This document shows positions 49,940 through 60,757 of a DNA stretch of 64,000 nucleotides, piece after piece. The first letter of the stretch is position 1; every line of letters begins with the position of its first letter. Below the pieces are notes generated by a model, which saw only the letters and a list, made by a program, of their open reading frames with translations, did no database searches and had not been told where the DNA came from. The translations under genes and the position numbers were made by a program. The DNA comes from an uncultured bacterium (lineage in GTDB: Bacteria > Oederibacteriota > PGYV01 > CAWJRG01): the NCBI GenBank assembly GCA_963845185.1, contig CAWJRG010000001.1, forward strand, positions 96,001 through 160,000. The letters run 5' to 3'.

Positions 49940-52900
49940 TTAATATTGGCGTAAATATTTAAATACCACAGCCATCTTTACTATTTTCCTTTCAATTCCT
50001 CCATTATCATTCTTGGCCTCCACGACGCAGATATATAAACCGTTGCTTACTGTCTGCCCGCTCGGCGTCCGTAAATTCCATGTTATTTTTGTATCGGCAG
50101 GATCGGCTTCAAACCACCTGATAAGTTCTCCTGCAATATTGTATATTTTGATTTTTACTGTGCCCTGCCATACATTTGACCATGTTATAGATACCTGAGC
50201 ATTATTTGCTGCAATTCCGCTTGCTATGTAAGGGTTCGGGATTACTTTTATATCGCCAAGCATGTTGCTGTTCCCTTCATTCAATACTGTGATTGTTTTG
50301 GTTTCAACCTCTGTATAGCCGTTTGCTTCTTTCACCACAAGCTGTACTGTGTACGTGCCGTTGTCAACTACCCTGCCCTGGCTGTTTGTACCGTTCCAGT
50401 TTATTGTATTTCCCGCGCCGTAACCTATGGCCAGGTTATTGGTGCTGCCCTCGCCGAATACAGCAGTATCGTTTACCGACAGTTGGACGTTGAAATTTAC
50501 GTTTACATCCTTTTGCAGCCTTTGCACAAGCTCGCCCGCGCTGTTATAGATATTTATCTGCACATACTGCTCCGTACTTAAAACCTGTATGCTCTTGCTA
50601 ATCGTAGTTGCGTGCCCTACCGAATCTATTACGGTTACCTTTACATAGTATGAGCCGTTTGCCACTATCTGGCCGTTGTTGCTTGTGCCGTCCCATTCAA
50701 ATTCCGTTTTTCCGTCATTTCCGCCGGAAACCTGCTCGCCCGGCAGGTCTATTTTTAATTGCCCTTGTCTCGGGTCAAAAACAGTCGCTCCAGAACCTGC
50801 CTGCGACACAAGTAAAACATCGCTGAGGTTATTTGTTACCGTAGTTTCCGTGATTGTCTTTACCAGCTCTCCTGCCTCGTTATATATCCCTATCTGTATT
50901 GTATAAGGATACACAAGCGGCGTTGGTGTTACTGTTGATGTCGGTGAAATTGTAGGGGTAACCGTGCTTGTCGGGGTTTGTGTGTACGTGTTGGTTATTG
51001 TGTATGTACATGTAATTGTTGGCGACGGCGTATATGTGAATGTCTGGGTACTTGTGGACGTCCAGGTATATGTTTCTGTTTGTGTATATGTCGGCGTAAA
51101 AGTATAAGTATTTGTACCTGTCGGTGTATTTGTCGGTGTGCCTGACGGTGTCCATGTCGGCGTCCACGTTGGAGTATCTGTCGGTGACATTGAGTTAGTC
51201 GGTGTCCATGTAGGTGTCCATGTGGGCGTCGCAGTGCTTGTAGGCGTCCACGTCGGCGTATCTGTAGGCGTATCTGTCGGCGTATCTGTCGGTGTCCATG
51301 TCGCCGTGTCTGGCGGTGTCCCTGTAGGCGTTACCGTATTTGTAGGCGTATCTGTAGGCGTATCTGTCGGGGTATCCGTAGGTGTATCTGTTGGTGTAAA
51401 TGTCGGCGTAAAAGTCGGCGACATTGAGTTGGTCGGAGTTGCTGTCGGCGTCCATGTCGGTGTATCTGTATATGTCGGTGTCCATGTTGGTGTGTCCGTT
51501 AGCGTATATGTAGGCGTATATGTCGGTGTATTTGTCGGCGTAGCTGTTGGCGTATATGTCGGTGTATCTGTCGGAGAGTCTGTCGGTGTGCCAGTAGTTG
51601 TATTTGTCGGCGTGTCCGTCGGTGAATTTGTTGGCGTGCCTGTCGGCGTAAATGTCGGCGTGTCTGTTGGCGTATCAGTCGGTGTACCTGTCGGTGTCCA
51701 TGTTGGTGTCCACGTCGGCGACATAGAGTTGGTTGGTGTTGATGTTGGTGTCCACGTCGGTGTATTAGTTGGTGAATCTGTCGGTGTCCCCGTCGGCGTA
51801 TTCGTCGGTGAATCTGTAGGTGAATCAGTCGGTGTACTTGTAGGCGTATTAGTTGGTGAATTTGTCGGTGTTCCAGTTGGTGTATCCGTCGGTGTATTTG
51901 TCGGTGTATCTGAAGGTGTACCTGTCGGCGTCCATGTCGGCGTGTTTGTCGGCGTGTTTGTCGGTGTATCTGTTGGGGTCCATGTTGGCGTCCAAGTCGG
52001 CGACATTGAGTTTGTCAGCGTTACCGTCGGCGTCCAAGTCGGCGTGTCCGTATCTGTCGGAGTATTTGTAGGTGTATATGTCGGCGTCCATGTCGGTGTA
52101 TCTGTAAGCGTATTTACTGACGTATCCGTTGGTGTACTTGTCGGCGTGTCTGTAGGAGTCCATGTTGGTGTGCCTGTAGGTGTATCCGTCGGTGTACTTG
52201 TCGGTGTATTTGTTGGCGTACCCGTCGGTGTATCTGTCGGTGTCCATGTAGGTGTATCTGTCGGTGTGCCTGTCGGCGTCCACGTAGGCGTAAATGTCGG
52301 TGACATTGAGTTAGTCAGTGTTGCTGTTGGTGTCCACGTCGGAGTTGCTGTATCAGTCGGTGTCCATGTTGGCGTATCTGTTGGAGTATTTGTCGGTGTA
52401 TCTGTAGGCGTGCCCGTCGGCGTATTTGTCGGCGTATCTGTCGGTGTATTCGTTGGTGTGCCCGTCGGCGTGTTCGTTGGCGTCCACGTAGGTGTATTTG
52501 TCGGCGTACCTGTCGGCGTATTTGTTGGTGTGTTTGTTGGTGTCCCTGTTGGCGTATTTGTCGGCGTCCACGTTGGCGTATTTGTTGGCGTACCTGTCGG
52601 CGTATTTGTTGGTGTATCCGTAGGTGTTTCTGTCGGCGTAGCTGTAGGTGTCCATGTAGGTGTAAATGATGGTGACATCGAGTTCGTCGGTGTAGCTGTA
52701 GGTGTCCATGTAGGCGTGTCTGTATCTGTAGGTGTCCATGTAGGCGTATTTGTAGGTGTACCTGTTGGTGTGTTTGTAGGCGTCCATGTCGGCGTATCCG
52801 TAGGCGTGCTTGTCGGCGTATTGGTAGGTGTATCTGTCGATGTTGCTGACGGTGTATTTGTCGGCGTGTTCGTCGGTGTGTCTGTCGGCGTGTCTGTGTA

Positions 52901-55900
52901 TGTGGATGTCAGCGTCACTGTATCTGTGTATGTAGATGTATATGTAACTGTCAGTGTATATGTCGGCGTCAATGTCAGCGTGTATGTGTATGTCGGCGTA
53001 TTCGTCGGTGTGTTTGTCGGCGTAAATGTAGGCGTCCACGTCGGCGTAAATGTCTGCAATATCGTGATTGTCAGTGTTGATGTAGGTGTCCATGTCGGCG
53101 ACGCTGTATCCGTTGGAGTTTCCGTCGGTGTGTCTGTCGGCGTGTCTGTGTATGTGGATGTCAGCGTCACTGTATCTGTGTATGTAGATGTATATGTAAC
53201 TGTCAGTGTATATGTCGGCGTCAATGTCAGCGTGTATGTGTATGTCGGCGTATTCGTCGGTGTGTTTGTCGGCGTAAATGTAGGCGTCCACGTCGGCGTA
53301 AATGTCTGCGATATCGTGATTGTCAGTGTTGATGTAGGTGTCCATGTCGGCGACGCTGTATCTGTTGGAGTTTCCGTCGGTGTGTCTGTCGGCGTGTCCG
53401 TGTATGTGGATGTCAGCGTCACTGTATCTGTATATGTAGATGTATATGTAACTGTCAGTGTATATGTCGGCGTCAATGTTAGCGTGTATGTGTATGTAGG
53501 CGTATTGGTCGGTGTGTTCGTCGGCGTAAATGTAGGTGTCCATGTCGGCGTAAATGTAGGCGACATTGAGTTAGTCAGTGTTGCCGTAGGCGTCCACGTC
53601 GGTGATGGTGTATTTGTCGGCGTTTCCGTTGGTGTATCTGTCGGCGTGTCTGTGTATGTGGATGTCAGCGTCACTGTATCTGTGTATGTGGATGTATATG
53701 TAACTGTAAGTGTATATGTCGGCGTTAATGTCAGCGTGTATGTGTATGTAGGCGTATTGGTCGGTGTGTTCGTCGGCGTAAATGTAGGTGTCCATGTCGG
53801 CGTAAATGTAGGCGACATTGAGTTGGTCAGTGTTGCCGTAGGCGTCCACGTCGGTGATGGTGTATTTGTTGGAGTTTCCGTTGGTGTATCTGTCGGCGTG
53901 TCTGTGTATGTTGATGTCAGCGTCACTGTATCTGTATATGTGGATGTATAAGTAACTGTAAGTGTATATGTCGGCGTCAAAGTCAGCGTATATGTGTATG
54001 TCGGCGTATTCGTCGGTGTATCTGTCGGCGTAAATGTAGGCGTCCACGTGGGCGTAAATGTCTGTGATATCGTGATTGTCAGTGTTGATGTAGGAGTCCA
54101 TGTCGGCGACGCTGTATTTGTCGGCGTATTCGTTGGCGTCCATGTAGGTGTGCCTGTATATGTGGATGTCAGCGTCACTGTATCTGTGTATGTGGATGTG
54201 TAAGTAACTGTCAGTGTATATGTCGGCGTCAAAGTCAGCGTATATGTGTATGTCGGCGTACTTGTAGGTGTATTTGTCGGCGTACCTGTCGGCGTCCACG
54301 TCGGCGTAAATGTAGGCGACATTGAGTTAGTCAGTGTTGCCGTAGGCGTCCACGTCGGTGATGGTGTATTTGTTGGCGTGTTCGTTGGTGTCCATGTAGG
54401 TGTGCCTGTGTATGTGGATGTCAGCGTCACTGTATCTGTGTATGTGGATGTATAAGTAACTGTAAGTGTATATGTCGGCGTTAATGTCAGCGTGTATGTG
54501 TATGTAGGCGTATTGGTCGGTGTGTTCGTCGGCGTAAATGTTGGAGTCCATGTAGGCGTAAATGTAGGCGACATTGAGTTGGTCAGTGTTGCCGTAGGCG
54601 TCCACGTCGGTGATGGTGTATTTGTTGGAGTTTCCGTTGGTGTATCTGTCGGCGTGTCTGTGTATGTTGATGTCAGCGTCACTGTATCTGTATATGTGGA
54701 TGTATAAGTAACTGTAAGTGTATATGTCGGCGTCAAAGTCAGCGTATATGTGTATGTCGGCGTATTCGTCGGTGTATCTGTCGGCGTAAATGTAGGAGTC
54801 CACGTGGGCGTAAATGTCTGTGATATCGTGATTGTCAGTGTTGATGTAGGAGTCCATGTTGGCGACGCTGTATTTGTCGGCGTATTCGTTGGCGTCCATG
54901 TAGGTGTGCCTGTATATGTGGATGTCAGCGTCACTGTATCTGTGTATGTGGATGTGTAAGTAACTGTCAGTGTATATGTCGGCGTCAAAGTCAGCGTATA
55001 TGTGTATGTCGGCGTACTTGTAGGTGTATTCGTCGGTGTATCTGTCGGCGTCCACGTCGGCGTAAATGTAGGCGACATTGAGTTGGTCAGTGTTGCCGTA
55101 GGCGTCCACGTCGGTGATGGTGTATTTGTTGGCGTGTTCGTTGGTGTCCATGTAGGTGTGCCTGTGTATGTGGATGTCAGCGTCACTGTATCTGTGTATG
55201 TGGATGTATAAGTAACCGTCAGTGTATATGTCGGCGTCAATGTTAGCGTGTATGTGTATGTAGGCGTATTGGTCGGTGTGTTCGTCGGCGTAAATGTTGG
55301 AGTCCATGTAGGCGTAAATGTCTGCGATATCGTTATTGTCAGTGTTGATGTAGATGTCCATGTCGGCGACGCTGTATTTGTCGGCGTTTCCGTTGGCGTC
55401 CATGTCGGTGTGCCTGTGTATGTGGATGTCAGCGTCACTGTATCTGTATATGTAGATGTGTAAGTAACCGTCAGTGTATATGTTGGCGTCAAAGTCAGCG
55501 TGTATGTGTATGTCGGCGTATTTGTCGGCGTGTTAGTCGGTGTAAATGTAGGCGTCCACGTCGGCGTAAATGTCTGCGATATTGTTATTGTCAGTGTTGA
55601 TGTAGGAGTCCATGTAGGCGACGCTGTATTTGTCGGTGTGTTCGTTGGCGTCCATGTAGGTGTGCCTGTATATGTGGATGTCAGCGTCACTGTATCTGTA
55701 TATGTAGATGTGTAAGTAACCGTCAGTGTATATGTCGGCGTCAAAGTCAGTGTGTATGTATATGTAGACGTATTCGTTGGCGTGTTAGTCGGTGTAAATG
55801 TAGGCGTCCACGTCGGCGTAAATGTCTGCGATATTGTTATTGTCAGTGTTGATGTAGGAGTCCATGTAGGCGACGCTGTATTTGTCGGTGTGTTCGTTGG

Positions 55901-58900
55901 CGTCCATGTAGGTGTGCCTGTATATGTGGATGTCAGCGTCACTGTATCTGTGTATGTAGATGTGTAAGTAACCGTCAGTGTATATGTCGGCGTCAAAGTC
56001 AGTGTGTATGTATATGTAGACGTATTCGTTGGCGTGTTAGTCGGTGTAAATGTAGGCGTCCACGTCGGCGTAAATGTCTGCGATATTGTTATTGTCAGTG
56101 TTGATGTAGGAGTCCATGTAGGCGACGCTGTATTTGTCGGTGTGTTCGTTGGCGTCCATGTAGGTGTGCCTGTATATGTGGATGTCAGCGTCACTGTATC
56201 TGTGTATGTGGATGTGTAAGTAACCGTCACTGTATACGTTAACGTTAATGTCAGTGTGTATGTATATGTAGACGTATTCGTTGGCGTGTTAGTCGATGTA
56301 TATGTCGGTGTCCACGTCGGCGTAAATGTCGGCGACATTGAGTTTGTCGGTGTCGCCGTGGGCGTCCATGTCGGCGTTCTTGTAGGTGTATTTGTCGTCG
56401 TATTCGTAGGTGTCCATGTAGGTGACGGAGTATTTGTAGGCGTATTTGTCGGCGTCCATGTCGGTGTGCCTGTGTATGTGGATGTCAGCGTAACTGTATC
56501 TGTATATGTGGATGTATAAGTAACTGTCAGTGTATATGTCGGCGTCAATGTCAGCGTGTATGTGTATGTCGGTGTATTCGTTGGCGTATTTGTCGGTGTA
56601 TTTGTTGGAGTCCACGTCGGCGTATATGTAGGTGACATCGAGTTTGTCTTCGTTGCCGTCGGCGTCCATGTTGGCGTCCATGTAAATGTCGGCGTATTTG
56701 TTGGTGTCCAGGTCGGTGTCGCCGTGTATGTTGATGTCAGTGTCACTGTATCTGTATATGTGGATGTATAAGTAACTGTCAGTGTATATGTCGGCGTCAA
56801 TGTCAGCGTGTATGTGTATGTCGGTGTATTCGTTGGCGTATTTGTCGGTGTATTTGTTGGAGTCCACGTCGGCGTATATGTAGGTGACATCGAGTTTGTC
56901 TTCGTTGCCGTCGGCGTCCATGTTGGCGTCCATGTAAATGTCGGCGTATTTGTTGGTGTCCAGGTCGGTGTCGCCGTGTATGTTGATGTCAGTGTCACTG
57001 TATCTGTATATGTGGATGTATAAGTAACTGTCAGTGTATATGTCGGCGTCAATGTCAGTGTGTATGTGTATGTCGGTGTATTTGTCGGCGTGTTAGTCGG
57101 TGTATTTGTTGGAGTCCATGTCGGCGTATATGTAGGTGACATCGAGTTTGTCTTTGTTGCCGTCGGCGTCCATGTTGGCGTCCATGTAAATGTCGGCGTA
57201 TTTGTTGGTGTCCAGGTCGGTGTCGCCGTGTATGTGGACGTCAGGGTTACTGTCACTGTATAAGTGTATGTGTACGTAACTGTCAGTGTATATGTCGGCG
57301 TAGGTGTTAGTGTATATGTAAATGTCGGCGTATTTGTCGGCGTGTTAGTCGGTGTATTTGTTGGAGTCCACGTTGGCGTAAATGTAGGTGACATTGAGTT
57401 TGTCTTCGTTGCCGTCAGCGTCCATGTCGGCGTCCATGTAAATGTCGGCGTATTTGTAGGTGTCCAGGTCGGTGTCGCCGTGTATGTGGACGTCAGGGTT
57501 ACTGTCACTGTATAAGTGTATGTGTACGTAACTGTCAGTGTATATGTCGGCGTAGGTGTCAGTGTATATGTAAATGTCAGCGTATTCGTTGGTGTCCATG
57601 TCTTCGTATTTGTCGGCGTCCATGTAAACGTAAATGTCGGCGACATTGAGTTAGTAAGCGTTGCTGTCGGCGTCCACGTCGGTGTATTGGTCGGAGTCCA
57701 TGTAGGTGTATTCGTCGGCGTATTTGTAGGCGTATATGTTTTTGTCGGGGAATTTGTTGGGGTCCACGTGGGTGTTCCTGTCGGTGTGTTTGTAGGCGTG
57801 TTTGTCGGAGTCCATGTCGGTGTTCCTGTCGGCGTGCTTGTCGGAGTCCATGTTGGCGTATACGTCGGCGTCCAGGTCGGTGTATTTGTCCTGGTATATG
57901 TCGTTGACACTGTAATTGTAACTGTCGGCGTCCAGGTAGGCGTATTGGTCGGCGTATCTGTAAGCGTGTATGTGTATGTCGGCGTCTGCGTGTACGTATA
58001 TGTCGGCGTCAAAGTATTAGTGTACGTCGGCGTCCAGGTCGGTGTATTCGTAGGCGTCCATGTCGGTGTATTTGTCCTGGTATATGTCATTGACACTGTA
58101 ATTGTCACTGTCGGTGTCCACGTGGGCGTATTTGTCGGCGTATCTGTCAGCGTGTATGTGTATGTCGGGGTCCGCGTGTATGTATATGTGGGTGTCATTG
58201 TGTTTGTGTACGTCGGTGTTGCTGTCGGCGTATCCGTCAGTGTCCACGTCGGCGTATCTGTTTTTGTATATGTCAGCGTCACTGTAATTGTCACTGTCGG
58301 TGTCCATGTGGGCGTTGCTGTCGGCGTATCTGTAAGCGTGTATGTGTATGTCGGCGTCTGCGTGTATGTGTATGTGGGCGTCCGCGTGTCTGTGTATGTC
58401 GGTGTATTGGTCGGCGTCCATGTCGGTGTTTGGGTCGGCGTCCATGTCGGCGTATATGTAGGTGTAGGCGTATTTGTCAGCGTAGGTGTTTTTGTATATG
58501 TATATGTGTATGTAGGTGTCGGCGTGTATGTATACGTAGGCGTCGGTGTGTATGTGTATGTAGGTGTCCGCGTGTATGTGTATGTCGGCGTCGGCGTGTA
58601 TGTATACGTAGGCGTTGGTGTGTATGTGTATGTAGGTGTCGGTGTCACTGTAAATGTCATAGTACCGCACTGGTCCTGCATATTTACCGTGGATACCGGC
58701 GATGCCACCTGCCCGGGTAGGACAGCGAAGCATTGTTGTGCCAAATGCAGGTACTATATGCCGAGTTGTTGCCTAAATACATTTCCCATGTAAAGCATCC
58801 TGTAAATCCAGCTGCTGTCGGCGCCAGTATGAATGTCGCTATGTTACTGCTCGAGGAACCGGACAGTGATGTTAGTCCTGGCGCGGGAGAGCCGGTATAA

Positions 58901-60351
58901 TACGGACCTTGATATTGCCACCCATCGCCTGCGTCACTCGAGTAATCGTCAATAACTGTAATATCCTGCGTCGCAGCGCCGCTGTTGTTGCATATTGCGA
59001 GAGTGAAAGTAAGGTTGGTATTTGTGGAACTGATTGTCGTTAAGCTGGATGTTTTTAACAGCGTAAATGCAGGCGTGGGTGTTACTGTAAATGTCCGCGT
59101 CGCTGTCGGTGTCGGTGTATATGTCGGGGTTACAGTCGGAGTGAAAGTTTTTGACGGGCAGAAATTGGAAAACGGCACGCCGCTGTATGCATATGCCCAT
59201 GCAGAACCTGTGTTATATGTCAGGGTAACGCTGTTGTACCAGCTTACGCATTCAACCACGTTCCATGACTCGCATGCCCATGTAAAATCATAGCAGGGCG
59301 TGCCGCAAGTACCCCCCGTACAGGTAACTCCTGGAAACCCCTCTTCAAAAATAAGGTATGGGTTCAGGTTGGCCGCAAGGGCGTTAGATGAAATATCGCC
59401 GTAATAAAACCCGTTTATAAGGCCTCCGGTATTGGGACCGTATGGCCCCTGGTATTGCCACTGGCTGGCCGCATCGCTCCATTGGTCATTTGTCCAGACC
59501 GTGGTTGTGGTGCCGCCGCCTGTGTTGCATATATGGAAGGCAAAACTGATGATATCCTGCGAGGCTGATACAATAGTATTGCTCGCCACAGATTTTACTA
59601 TTGTCATGTTCGGCGGCGCGGGCGTTGGCATCTCATTTAAGTTAAACCCCTGCCTGAAAAATAATTGCTGGCACCCGGTAGATATGCTTCCAAAGCCCAA
59701 AGGCATCAGTGGATTATGGAACTGAAAAGAGCCTATTTTCTGGCCGTATTCCGTACCGTTATAAATTATGCCTGTAGCAGAAGACCAGCCCGATTCTGTA
59801 TAGTGAGGGTTATACCATGTGTAAGTCCCGTCGTTAGGCCCTTTATCACAGGATGTCGGCGGTACAGTTGCATTACAGCATGAATTGGTATCCTCAAGAT
59901 AATCAACCCCTGCGCCGTTGTCGCTGTCAACATAACTGTGCGCCCCTCCCTGGCAAGTGATATCCATTGACCACGTTGCCCACATTTCACAGCATTGCGT
60001 GTTCTGGTCATGCACTGCTATTACATTTCCTGTTGGTGCCAGCCCGAGTGTCCCAAGCTCTGCCGAACTCAGGGTCATGCAGGGGGGAGACTCCTGGCCT
60101 GTCAAGCTCACGTCCACGTATCCGAAAGTCCCCAGGTATATCCCGTTGATATAAATGTCTGCTATGTCGTCAACAGCTGCGCATATAATGGCGGATTGGG
60201 GCGTGCAGACAATTGCTGCCGCATGCAAACTGAAATTTAATAAAACAAAAAACAAAAATAAGAACAAAATTATTTTTGTTTTACTGCCAACCCCCCTTTT
60301 GGCAGCATGTAACAGCTTTGAATCCCTGTGCCTGATTTCTCCAGGGTTCAT
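49940..60351 (-). CDS. Giant secreted protein C (about 3470 aa if the -1 frameshift near 58712 is repaired): Cys-rich head, two DUF11-like domains, about 2570-aa Thr-alternating stalk, triple FlgD/T9SS-like Ig C-terminus
   Basis: ORFs 58684..60366 and 49940..58744 overlap at CCCGGG and join as [15 protein letters not shown] 60351 after GGAGG; three IYN.AGEL..W(D/N)...G.Y modules. Confidence 0.8.
52860..57650 (-). repeat. About 19 tandem 252-bp (84-aa) coding repeats with higher-order structure
   Basis: Antisense ORF ends recur at 252-bp steps (53951, 54203, 54455, 54707, 54959, 55211...); unit contains [23 protein letters not shown]. Confidence 0.93.
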
Positions 60352-60682
60352 TACTAATGCCTCCATATTATTAAAATGACGTTTCTTTTTCTTCTATTTC
60401 ATTTCTTCAATAATTATAATTAAGTTTCGCTATTTTATCAAGGGAATAGTCAAGCCAACATTTTTTCATTTGTCAAAATGAGCGTTCCATACTTTATTGT
60501 TTCATTAATTCAATTATGTCTGGTTATTAATTGGCTTTTCTTGAAATTTCCCTTTCGCTGTTGATAACTCCTTTATTTTTAACTATTCAAAAAATACTTT
60601 ACATATTATTTGACAACATAAATATTAAAAAGTTCTGGTATTTCAATGTATTTGTGTTTATTATTTGAAGATATCACATAAC

Positions 60683-60707
60683 AAAAAATGCGGTATTTTC
60701 ATACCGC
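60683..60707 (-). terminator. Intrinsic terminator after protein D
   Basis: Minus strand GCGGTAT-GAAA-ATACCGC-ATTTTTT. Confidence 0.75.
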
Positions 60708-60757
60708 TGCTATTAAACTGAAACATTTCCTGAACACAAAACAACTGAATTGTGGTG

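Noticed and set aside
52860..57650. Possible CRISPR, DGR template or non-coding satellite
   Set aside because: In-frame coding repeats with mainly synonymous or conservative variation; no reverse transcriptase or cas gene seen
51138..58793. Long + strand ORFs of Val/Gly repeats (e.g. 51138..53951, 57516..58793; also 35338..36141)
   Set aside because: Antisense shadows of Thr/Pro codons (ACN/CCN give no stops on the reverse strand); no RBS or domain content
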